Source of the DNA: Novakomyces olei | Lineage: Eukaryota | Assembly: GCA_016906335.1 (NCBI GenBank) | Contig: JADEYG010000003.1 | Coordinates: 1,054,001-1,118,000, forward strand | Length of the DNA: 64,000 nucleotides | Direction: 5' to 3' | Shown: piece after piece, positions 49,301 to 58,664 of the stretch | How the letters are laid out: the number at the start of each line of letters is the position of its first letter | Position numbering within the stretch: the stretch's first letter is position 1 | Program-made: the position numbers and the translations under genes | Notes under the pieces: generated by a model | What the model was told of the DNA's origin: nothing | Database searches by the model: none | What the model saw: the letters and a program-made list of their open reading frames with translations, nothing else

Positions 49301-51133
49301 GTGAACGGCCGTCAGAGGGATCAATCCTTTCAGAGAAAGACCGGGTACGTTCAGCAGCAGGACCTGCACTTGGAGACGACAACGGTGAGGGAGGCACTGA
49401 GCTTTAGTGCGCTAATGCGCCAGCCAGACACCGTCACAAGGGCCGCCAAGTTGGCGTATGTAGACGAGGTGATTAGGCTGCTGGAGATGGAGGCGTACGC
49501 TGAGGCAGTTGTAGGCGTCCCCGGAGAGGGCCTTAATGTAGAGCAGCGGAAACGGCTCACTGTCGGAGTCGAGCTGGCAGCCAAGCCAGGCTTGCTGCTC
49601 TTCTTTGACGAGCCCACGTCCGGCCTGGACTCGCAGACGGCATGGTCCATGTGCCGTCTGATGCGCAAGCTGGCCAACAACGGCCAGGCCATCCTCTGCA
49701 CTATCCACCAGCCCTCCGCCATCCTCATGCAGGAGTTTGACCGGCTGCTCTTCCTTGCCGCTGGCGGCAGGACAGTTTATTTTGGACCCATTGGACACAA
49801 CTGTGCCGGGCTGATTGGGTACTTTGAGGGCCATGGAGCTCCGTCCTGTCCTGCCTCTGCCAACCCGGCCGAGTGGATGCTGCAGGTTATTGGAGCTGCT
49901 CCTGGGCACAAGGCGGACAGGGACTGGCACCAGGTCTGGACGGGCAGTGAGGAGCGTGGGCAGGTACGTGCCGAGCTGGACCGGATGGCCGTTGAACTGG
50001 CTCAAATCCCAGACGAGCAGGACTTAAGCAGTGGCTCTTCTAGTGCCAAAGCCAAAGCCAAGAGCAGACAAGAGTTTGCGATTGGGCTGTGGGAGCAGAC
50101 GTGGCTCTGCTACTGCCGTGTGTGGGACCAGTACTGGCGTACACCCTCGTACATCTACTCAAAGACAGTGCTGGCCACACTGACTGCCCTGTTTATTGGC
50201 TTCTCCTTCTTCAAGGCGGGCAACTCGCTGCAAGGCCTGCAGAACCAGATGTTTTCCATATTTATGCTCATGACTGTCTTCAACAACCTGGTGCAGCAGA
50301 TTATGCCCATGTTTGTGCAGCAGCGGAGCCTCTACGAGGCCCGTGAACGGCCCTCCAAGACGTACTCTTGGAAGGCCTTTATGATTGCCAATATCTGCGT
50401 CGAGTTTCCGTGGCAGACACTCATGTCCCTCCTCACTTTTGTTGGGTGGTACTACCCGATCGGCATGTACCGCAACGCAGAGCAAAACAACACACTCAAC
50501 GAACGAGGCATCCTCATGTTCCTCATCGTATGGGTCTTTTACCTCTTCACCAGCACATTTGCCCACATGATGATCGCCGGAATTGATCTGCCCGAGACGG
50601 GCGGCAATATTGCTACTGTCCTGTTCTCTCTCACTTTGCTTTTCTGTGGCGTCCTCGCCACTCCAGAGGCTCTCCCGGGGTTCTGGATCTTTATGTACCG
50701 TGTATCGCCTTTTACCTACCTCATCTCTGCCACCCTGTCAAACGGAGTTGGCCGGGCCAGTGTGCACTGCTCCTCCATCGAAATCAGCCGGTTCATGGCT
50801 CCGGCAGGGCAGACTTGCGGAGAGTTCTTGCAGCGCTACATTCAGCAGTCTGGCGGGACTATCCTCAACCCGCAAGACTCGGGCGAGTGCCGGTTCTGTG
50901 CTACCGACAGCACTGACGCTTTCCTTGCCCGGCTCGATATAAACTACGATAACCGCTGGTGGCATTTTGGGCTCATGTGGGCCTACGTCGTGTTCAATGT
51001 GTTTATGGCCGTCTTCATCTACTGGCTCGCTCGTGTGCCAAAGCACACTGGCGTTCAGGAGGGCAGCGATGGAGAGCAGAACAAGCAACGGAAATCGCTC
51101 TTGCAGCGTTGGCGAGGGGAGAAATCTGCGTGA
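46397..51133 (+). CDS. Full-size PDR (ABCG) multidrug exporter, NBD-TMD-NBD-TMD, intronless CDS
   Basis: GRPGSGCST, VSGGQRKRVSIAE, CWDNSTRGLD, GVSGAGKTT, LNVEQRKRLT, DEPTSGLDSQ, LCTIHQPS. Confidence 0.96.
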   Translation: MAARYTLGNSLTDSFHHLAQSGTDAISNSGQTEDAGADDEQEKLTDARMQGEIHALAQTISRNQSYNGSIDFSDPKIDPNTEAFDLKAFLRAIMGVSNRNPEQYPGRTAGISFQNLSAFGYGTAMDYQKTVSNKWRDFYAALIAFLPSQKRKRNRIDILRNFDGLVRSGEMLVVLGRPGSGCSTFLKTLAGDTHGFHLSEDTNLQYQGVSYKDMRTHFRGELIYNAEVDVHFPHLTVADTLYFAALARAPRNRIAGLSRTEYATLMRDLVMTVFGLRMTYNTKVGDDFVRGVSGGQRKRVSIAECALCGSPVQCWDNSTRGLDSATALEFAKTVRLSTEMTGSTAIVAIYQASQDIYDVFDKVTVLYEGRQIYFGGIKRATAYFIEMGYECPDRQTDGDFLTSLTNPSERIVRPGFEHKVPRTPDEFASAWRGSDDYARLIQEIQEYERQHPLGGEHFEAFKASHKKAQAKGMSYKSPYTISYPMQVRLCVWRGFKRLKGDASMPISAVIGNTIMALIIGSIFYNMRRDTNSFYSRGALLFYAVLMNAFASALEILTLYAQRAIVEKHSKYALYHPSAEAVASMIVDLPAKLITSVAFNLVLYFMSNLRRTPGAFFVFYLFSVICTLVMSNIFRTIAAMSRTLAQALAPAALFMLALVIYTGFTIPTRDMVPWFRWINYLNPIGYAFESLMVNEFVGRDYNCSAYVPTGPGYTDLSRQNQICSVTGARLGADVVRGRDYLEASYRYTQSHEWRNLGILFAFFFFFLATYLLATEFIQAQRSRGEVLVFRKGKLPRKSSVPTDEEGGTVSNTGYSTGYSTGHSTVQSTVQSTGHNTVSSTVSNNVHSTGHNTVSSTVSNNVHSNVSNTDRTGHNNVSSNGNIAPVQSHSADANEKLNMLQKQTKIFHWKDVCYDIKIKGEPRRILDHVDGWVKPGTLTALMGVSGAGKTTLLDVLATRTTMGVVHGEFMVNGRQRDQSFQRKTGYVQQQDLHLETTTVREALSFSALMRQPDTVTRAAKLAYVDEVIRLLEMEAYAEAVVGVPGEGLNVEQRKRLTVGVELAAKPGLLLFFDEPTSGLDSQTAWSMCRLMRKLANNGQAILCTIHQPSAILMQEFDRLLFLAAGGRTVYFGPIGHNCAGLIGYFEGHGAPSCPASANPAEWMLQVIGAAPGHKADRDWHQVWTGSEERGQVRAELDRMAVELAQIPDEQDLSSGSSSAKAKAKSRQEFAIGLWEQTWLCYCRVWDQYWRTPSYIYSKTVLATLTALFIGFSFFKAGNSLQGLQNQMFSIFMLMTVFNNLVQQIMPMFVQQRSLYEARERPSKTYSWKAFMIANICVEFPWQTLMSLLTFVGWYYPIGMYRNAEQNNTLNERGILMFLIVWVFYLFTSTFAHMMIAGIDLPETGGNIATVLFSLTLLFCGVLATPEALPGFWIFMYRVSPFTYLISATLSNGVGRASVHCSSIEISRFMAPAGQTCGEFLQRYIQQSGGTILNPQDSGECRFCATDSTDAFLARLDINYDNRWWHFGLMWAYVVFNVFMAVFIYWLARVPKHTGVQEGSDGEQNKQRKSLLQRWRGEKSA
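48814..49030 (+). repeat. In-frame 12-nt tandem repeat with a 48-nt higher-order duplication inside the ABC CDS
   Basis: Encodes TVSNTGYSTGYSTGHSTVQSTVQ-STGHNTVSSTVSNNVH-STGHNTVSSTVSNNVH... Confidence 0.92.
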
Positions 51134-51177
51134 TGGATTGACTAAAAATTGGGTTGAGTTTATCTTTTCTCGGTTCG

Positions 51178-51354
51178 GTTTTCTCAGTTCTTTTCTCAGT
51201 TCTTTTTCTCAGTTCTTTTTCTCAGTTCTTTTTCTCAGTTCTTTTCTCAGTTCTTTTTCTCAGTTCTTTTTCTCAGTTCTTTTTCTCAGTTCTTTTTCTC
51301 AGTTCTTTTTCTCAGTTCTTTTTCTCAGTTCTTTTTCTCAGTTCTTTTTCTCAG
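51178..51354. repeat. (TTCTTTTTCTCAG)14 tandem array downstream of the ABC stop
   Basis: 14 CTCAG-ending units counted. Confidence 0.95.
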
Positions 51355-51390
51355 GTTTTATTTACGTCTTTGCTGGGTCTAAACTGGCTG

Positions 51391-51471
51391 TCTGTATAAA
51401 CATTATATCTGTATAAACATTATATCTGTACAAACATTATATCTGTACAAACATTATATCTGTACAAACAT
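51391..51471. repeat. (TCTGTAYAAACATTATA)~4.7 17-nt tandem repeat
   Basis: Two units with TGTATA followed by units with TGTACA. Confidence 0.93.
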
Positions 51472-51970
51472 AACACGGGTTTCCGGGATGCAATTCACTT
51501 TATGAGCGTCTGTGAGCAATGATAGACGGGAAGGAGAGATGGGTGGTCAATGGCGGTATAGAGAAATCGCGCTTGCTTGTGCTATCATGCAGCATTACGC
51601 CTGCAAGAGGAGGGTCAAGTCAGCAGAATATTTTTAATGTCTGAATAGATAATTGAGGGTTCCTTAATTTTACTGGCTCACGTCCATGGTGAGGAAAGGT
51701 TTCAAAATATACACGACTTGCAAATGAAAAGTATAAAGCTCAGACTACGGCTTTGGTGCTCTGCCAAGCGCAGTGCGGTGATGCAGTATGTGTACAATGA
51801 GAATCACAACTTTAGAGAGCATTAAACGGCCATAAGAATCCGAGTTTATATTGTGGGACTATGGTTGTCGGCGAGAGAAGAAGTATAATTTTGCTACGCG
51901 CAGTCTTTTGGCCATAATGTACAACAGAATTAATTCAATTACGCGTAATCCATAAATTAGTGTCAGTGGT

Positions 51971-52190
51971 GTATAAAGTACAGTATAAAGTACAGTACAG
52001 TGTATAATAAACTACAGACTAAAGTACTACATAATAAAGTACAGACTAAAGTACTACAGTATAAAGTACTACAGTATAAAGTACTACAGTATAAAGTACT
52101 AAAGTACTAATACATAAAGTACAGCGTATAATAAAGTACAGTGTATAAAGTACAGTAAAGTACAGTAAAGTACTATAAACCAAGTACACA
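51971..52190 (+). repeat. Degenerate (TATAAAGTAC[TAC]AG)n array upstream of the Zn2Cys6 gene
   Basis: Repeated AAAGTAC cores and about 7 TATAAA hexamers. Confidence 0.88.
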
Positions 52191-52259
52191 GACGCGAATA
52201 ACACTGCGCTGTAGTATAATAATAGTGTACGAGCACAATCAAAAAAATTCAGATCGACA

Positions 52260-54029
52260 ATGTCTTACGACTTGTCCGCGCAGATCCTTCCTGCGGCAGC
52301 AAAACCACCAAATCCGCGGCCGACAACGCGCGGCCATAAATCGTGCCGCTCGTGTAAGCGGCGCAAAGTGAAATGCGAAGGTTACCCGTGCAGGAACTGC
52401 CTCGAGACGAGTATGCTGTGTGAGATTGTACCGCACCAGAAACGCGGTCCCAAGGGTAAGCGCAAGCCTCTGCTCTCGCCGGGGTTCAGTGCTGATCCAC
52501 CAGCGGCAGGTCAAGTGCCTGCGTCTGTGCCGCCAGCGTTTGCACAGACGCAGAGCCAATCTGCCTTTGAGCACAAGGTACAGGACAGATCTGGACAAGT
52601 TGGACAAGTTGGACAGGTTGGACAGGTTGGACAAGTAGGACAAGTAGGACAGGTTGGTGGTCAGTATTCTGGCAGCAGTCCGAGGCCAATGCTGCCTGCG
52701 CTGGACGCGGCAGCACCGGCAGAAAAACTGTGGCTGCAAAGTTACCCTCAGCCAAACATTGACCAGGTGGAGGCACTGTACTTTGACAATTCTGCGTTTG
52801 GTTTGCCCGTACTTTCGCCCGCACACTTTGCTCACTGGCGCACAATGACGCTCGACGATGCGGGCACACGCACCGTCGTGCTGGCACTGTGGGGACTCGT
52901 GCTCGCGAGCTCGAGGAACTGCAGTGAAGCTGCCCTGTGCCTTAACGAAGCAATGCTCGCCATCGGCAAGAGCTCTACGTACTTTTTAACTACGTACGAC
53001 TGGATAATTGCCAACACGTTTGTGTTCAAGGCACAGAGCGTGCTGAACAACCACGGCATCGCTGCCTCCTTCCTGGACCAGGCACTGCACACTCTGCTGA
53101 CTTTTCGGCTGCACGATGAGGCCACTTATGCCAATTTTGCCTCTCAGATAGAGTGCAACGACTGGCGAACCGTGTTTTGGGTGCTCTACGTGCTGGAGAG
53201 GGAGTATGCTCTGCAAAAGCACCGGCCAGTCAGCCTGGAAGCCACTATTGCACTCCCACAGTCTGGTGCGGACGGCGGCCAGAGTAACACCCGCGACCAG
53301 GGCCAGTGGGCTGTCGCTGGCACTGTACAGCTCGCCAAGCTGTACAGCCTCGTTGACGCACGGATGGTGGCCGCGTGGAACGAACGTGAGACTCAGTGCA
53401 CTTTTGAGTACATGGTGAACCTGCAAACTGCCCTAGCCAGCTTTGATGTCAACAGTGACCCAACCCTGGGCGTCGAGCAGGCCTCTGAGCTTATCATCGC
53501 AAAGCACTGGCTGCGTGTTATTGCCTGGCAGATTAGCGTAAAGAGCTTTCTCCTCTCCTCCCGGCCCAGTCACGCTTCGCTCGGGCTGGTCTACCCGCTG
53601 GAAATTGCAGGCGGACTGTTTCGCGATATCGAGAGCCTGGCGGGGTTCTTCCGTATCTGCTCCGAATCAGACTGCCAAAAGCTGTTTGAGATTGCTTGCC
53701 CGCTCACAGATCTGCTGACTATTGGGCCCTCGCCAATTCCGGGCGGCGTTGGTACGAATCAGCCCTCAATCTCTGAAGTACCCAGCCTGTCGTCAAACGG
53801 GTCTATTTCTACTTCGCCTTCCCTTTCCCCCAGTGGGTCGCCTTACAATAGCTCCTCAATCATGTTTAAGCGCAACGATGATATGGACGTATCGCCGCAA
53901 ATGCCGGCGAAAATGTTGCTGTTTCGTATTATGCGGATACTTAGCTCCCAGCAGCCATACAGCCGGTTTTATCTGGATATCTTGCAGTCCAAGATCTCTG
54001 CTGCCTGCGGGCGTATGCCTCACCCATAG
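52260..54029 (+). CDS. Zn(II)2Cys6 transcription factor with fungal middle-homology region (Mal/AmyR/Suc1-like)
   Basis: SCRSCKRRKVKCEGYPCRNCLETSMLC...KRGPK; RTVFWVLYVLEREYALQKHRPVSL; internal (GQV)7. Confidence 0.88.
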   Translation: MSYDLSAQILPAAAKPPNPRPTTRGHKSCRSCKRRKVKCEGYPCRNCLETSMLCEIVPHQKRGPKGKRKPLLSPGFSADPPAAGQVPASVPPAFAQTQSQSAFEHKVQDRSGQVGQVGQVGQVGQVGQVGQVGGQYSGSSPRPMLPALDAAAPAEKLWLQSYPQPNIDQVEALYFDNSAFGLPVLSPAHFAHWRTMTLDDAGTRTVVLALWGLVLASSRNCSEAALCLNEAMLAIGKSSTYFLTTYDWIIANTFVFKAQSVLNNHGIAASFLDQALHTLLTFRLHDEATYANFASQIECNDWRTVFWVLYVLEREYALQKHRPVSLEATIALPQSGADGGQSNTRDQGQWAVAGTVQLAKLYSLVDARMVAAWNERETQCTFEYMVNLQTALASFDVNSDPTLGVEQASELIIAKHWLRVIAWQISVKSFLLSSRPSHASLGLVYPLEIAGGLFRDIESLAGFFRICSESDCQKLFEIACPLTDLLTIGPSPIPGGVGTNQPSISEVPSLSSNGSISTSPSLSPSGSPYNSSSIMFKRNDDMDVSPQMPAKMLLFRIMRILSSQQPYSRFYLDILQSKISAACGRMPHP

Positions 54030-54609
54030 CCGCCTTGAACAGCTATTCTTTTCGGAGGGAGGGGGTTGGGTTTAAATTTGGGGGGGTCTATTATTGAATC
54101 CGATTTGGGGCGTGTTTGCAATCATTCTTTACTGTGCTGCCCAAGTACTCTTGGGCCGTTCAGTGTGTTTACACGACTCTCTGTTTATATTCTAGATTGT
54201 GGTTGTTTTTTTCTTTTTTTTTTTTTTTTGCGCCTAGTACTGCTTTTATTGTTCATTGTATACTTTTGTGGCTTAAACCGCTTGTTTCTGTATCATGCCC
54301 ATTCGTGTTTGCTGACTTTGTTGATGATAAACATTATGGAGCATATTGCCTGTGCTCTTTACATATTGCTATACTGTGTATAATGCAATTAGACGGTAAA
54401 TAGATTTGTTTTTGAATTCAATACAATATTCAGATTCTCTGTAGCGCAAAAGTATGTGTTGAACAATGAGATTTGGTAGTATTAGGCATGTATATATGTA
54501 CATTTATTTGTTTATTTAATTATACACCCATCCTTGATCTGCGCGAAATCACGAAATATAAATGGCTAACGTAGTCCTCATGCAAACCTCCACTGCCTTG
54601 TAAGCTTCC

Positions 54610-56045
54610 TCAGCGTTTCAGAGAAGCTAATGCAACTGGTATATCCTTTGGCGCAGAAACGCTAACCACGTTACTCTTATCCGTTTCCTTGGCAATCAGA
54701 TTGGCCGTAGTCCGACCTGGGCCAACTGCCACCCACCGTTTCACGTGCTTTTCGTCCCTTAAATAATGCACTGACTGGACCCAGTGCACAGGCATTATGC
54801 ACTGATCTGCAATCAGCCTCTGGCACTCGGCCCTGTCCTCTTTACCAGCACAAGGATCAGGGTAAGGCCGAGCCGTCATATTGGCAATAATCTCAATTTG
54901 CGGTTTATGAAGGTCCACAAAAGGCAGCAAAGAAGAAATTGCTTGTCGTGCTGGTTTCATGAGCTCAGTGTGAAATGGTGCAGACACTTGCAAGGGAACT
55001 GCTCTAGGATCCGCTCCATCAAATTCTCGAACGTAGGAAATAAAGCGTCTGATAGCACGTGTAGTCCCGCTAAGTACGACCTGCGTCGAGGTATTGTAGT
55101 TTGCCACTGCCAGCGTTTCTCCTTTTTGCAGGTAAACCTCTTTAAAATAATCCAGACGCCTAAACATGTTGTCGAGTGCGTGTTTTGGGGCAATTACGGC
55201 ATACATACTCTGAGAATCGAGGCGGCAAGAGCCTGGTTGAGCCATTGCAATTGCTCTCGTTTGCACTATACGCACAGCGTCACTCCAACCCAATAAGCCG
55301 GCGGCCATGAGACTGTTAAACTCGCCGAGAGAGTGGCCCAGCGTGTAGCCAAAGTCACTCAGGTCGAGTCCTTCGCTCTAGATTGTAAGCAAACATTAGA
55401 CATTTGACATTGCGAAACAGATCATGCGTCTGATAACTGTCGGACCCTGTATCAACCACTGCTTTTACATATCGTCGCCAAACCGTCTATTAACTCATTA
55501 TCTTTAGAGACCAGTGGTATCATTATCCAATACAATGTAAAGGCACGGCAGGTGGTCGAGAGGGCAGACATGCAATAACGCCTTTATTTTATTTTTATTT
55601 TAATTATCATTTTTAAATTTTTTTAAATTTTTAAATTCATTTTGTTCAAATTTTATTTTGTTTCGTATATTTCGTCTTGTTTGTGAGCAAAAGAACCTAC
55701 CTCCATAGCCTTAAGCATCGCCCAACTGGCGCTGAGTATTGCCGGTTGGGCATTCTCTGTCAGCGTAAGTTCGTCCTTTCAATTAGCCTCTGAAGCAGAA
55801 TGCGCCTTCCCATTTACCTGTGTAGAATCTCGAATTAGCGTGCCCATATTGCGGCCGAGTACGTGGGAAACTTGATCTAGTACCTGCCTGACTACCGGGA
55901 AAGTTTGCTCCCACTCATTCAGCATTCCCACATGCTGAGAGCCCTGGCCGGGGAACGAAAGCGCTGCAGCGTAATTTGACGCATGGCGCTGGCCGTGTCG
56001 GCAGTAAGAGCAAACGACACGCGGCCGTGGCGCTCGTTTCCACAT
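54610..56045 (-). CDS. MCT1: Mitochondrial malonyl-CoA:ACP transacylase, 3 exons (introns 55776-55817, 55378-55700)
   Basis: Arg-rich presequence, FPGQGSQ, LTLTENAQPAI, GHSLGE, ANYN..QVVLSG, VSAPFH. Confidence 0.92.
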
Positions 56046-56739
56046 TTTGATTGTACCCCACAATGTTGGTTGCTTTATAGACAGGCCTTTAAAAAAATAG
56101 AATAATACTAATAATACGAATATGCTAATATTGCTAATATTGCTAATAAAAATAATCGCCCAGAAAATTAAATATACGCTATTAGTATGGGATGTGCGGT
56201 TGGTTATATGACGTTTGCCTGTCAGAGAAAATTGATAAAAAACTCGTAAAACAGGGCTCTTGTTTATATATGAGCGGTTATATTGTAAATATTATAGTGA
56301 GCGTACTCGGTGACATGAAAGTAGAAAGTATAATTTGGCATTGAGAAGTATTGTTCCTGTTTCAATTTTATACAATTTACATAATAGCTTGGCGGTGCTT
56401 GGCGGTCACACAAAATAACCGTCAAATAAATATGATAAAGAAGCCGTTTTAGGATCCGTAGAGCGTCAATTGGCAGAAATAAATAAAATTAAAAAGATAT
56501 AAACACGAAAAATAAAAGAAAAAATCCAGAACAAAGTACCAAACAACATTTTGCTAAAATAACCATACATATTACATCAAAACTTCTAACTTGCGTGTAA
56601 AGCGAACCCATTAATCCTCTAGAATCAGCTTTGCCAAAACCTTATTTAGCAACCCTCTCAACAATCTTCCTCGTATACACACAATGCCAAGTGTTGAGCA
56701 GGAATCTGGGAATCTGGCTAACGGCTCAAACCAAAAAAT

Positions 56740-58664
56740 CTAGTGTGGGCTGTCCTCATTCTGATCGAAATGTTCACGAGCCCATTTGCTCCGGAACCGG
56801 ATTTCTCTGCCCTTGTAGAAAAAAATAAAGGGAATCGGTATCAGGGGAATAGATAAGAAACCGAGTAAACTCGAAGCCCATTCATTGCCCAGTTTCTTGT
56901 ACATGGCAGTAGCAAACAAAGGAAATCCTCCCTGCTCTGTTAGTATCGAATAAATCAATAAAATTAATTGATCAATTAATATTGGACGAAGCCATAAATA
57001 ACGTTCGTAAAATTGCCTATCTTACCCCAACCAAGTTGCGCACTAAAATTACACCGGCAAGAGCAGATGCGGAATAAGTCTGGTAGCTGTCGACAACGTA
57101 ATTAAGCACACCGATAATAACAATGTACTGACCGGCACCAAAAAGAGCGGAAGCAATTATAGGCACGATCCAATGTACACTCGGGTAACTCGTCCACCCG
57201 AACCAAAAAAGGCTTACTGGAATAAAAAAAGCTCCTACTCGAGCAGTCCACATCCTCGCCTCTGGTACGCCATGCCCATCGTTCTCCGCGACCCTTCGCA
57301 AATAGTACCTCTCCTGTACAGGAGAAAAACAGGCAGCCAACAACGGGCCAATAGCGAGGCCTAAAAACGACAACCCTTGCTCTCCCCCACTGAACCCGTG
57401 GCCCCCATGCGGACCGAAAACAAGGGGAAAAGCCTCATTGAAAAGGTACACTAGCCCGTAAAGGAAACCGTTGTAAGCAGCACTAAAACTCGTAATTGGT
57501 TCAGTGAATAGGAACCTAAATGGCCGTGTAAGAGTAATCGCAAAAAGCTCGTCCAGCCCTTTACGGTGCATCGAGTGCTGATCTGTTGTGCTACTAGCCG
57601 AGGCTAAATTCTCCTTCTTCATCAGTCGCACAACCCTTTTGGCTTTGCGTCTAAGGATAATGGTGTGCCTTGTCTCTGGCAGCATTAAAAGCAATAACCA
57701 AAAGCCTCCACTGATGGCTGTAGTCACCCAGAAAATCATACGCCATCCAGCATTTTGGCCAATGTACCCGCTCATCACAAGAGCAGTAGGCGGGCCTACT
57801 GTGCTGCTCAGTCCATAAATTACCATTGCTCCACCGCTACTGTCTCGGTCCCATAGGTCACTAATGCTGCCCCCTGTGTTTGTAAGAGGAGCTCCTCCAG
57901 CACAGCCGGCAATAAACCGGCAGACCAGGATTGTACCGATATTGGGGGCCGTTGCCAGTGGAATCTGAAATATAAATAATAAAAACCATGAAACTGAGTA
58001 AACGGGCTGCCGTCCAAAGTACTCCGAGAGGGGCGCCAGCAGGACAGGACCTACGGCGAAGCCGAGAATGTACAGTGAAAGTGCGAGAGTCGTGACTTCC
58101 TCTGATACGTGAAACTCTTGCTGTATTCCCATTGCCCCTGACGAAATACTGCCAGCGCACCAGCATCTGCATGTTAGAATTCGAAATATGATTGCGGATT
58201 GTTCTATACGAAATACAGATGAAGGTGCAGAGCAATTAGAGATTAAAAGAACGGACAAACAAACAAAAAAAAAAAGAAAAAAAAAATACAAAAAGTCTGA
58301 ACATAGAAATGCACGATCAGAAAGAGTATGTATGACACACAACTAGACTATTCCAAACTTACGTTACAACATTCAGCATACTAACGAAAAAAGTGATGTA
58401 CCACTTTTTCCAGCGCCGCCAGTGCCGTGGATTATCCGGATCCGCTTCGCCGTACACTATAACGATTGGCAGCGCTTGCTGAGACTGTGCTCGAGCTGCT
58501 CCTAATGCTTCCGGCTCGGATAAGTATAAATATTTCTGTGTAGCAGCATCACGTTCTATGTCCGACCGTCGCTCTTGCTGCTGCTGTTCAGGATCAGACG
58601 GATGCTCAACACGCTCTGCATGCTGAACCCCGTCCGTCTCGGGTTTCTGTGGCACTTGGGCCAT
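56740..58664 (-). CDS. DHA1-family MFS drug/polyamine:H+ antiporter, 3 exons (introns 58167-58362, 56932-57025)
   Basis: DPDNPRHWRRWKKW, APLSEYFGRQPVY, LPETR, RPFRFLFTEPI, PEARM, YVVDSYQTYSASALA. Confidence 0.9.

Noticed and set aside
48637..49369. Overlapping antisense and alternative-frame repeat ORFs (LDTV, YCVQ repeats)
   Set aside because: Shadows of the 12-nt coding repeat within the ABC gene.
55378..55700. Possible intronic H/ACA snoRNA in MCT1 intron 2
   Set aside because: AGATAA and ACA words are present, but I could not build convincing hairpins; needs an Infernal/snoGPS search.
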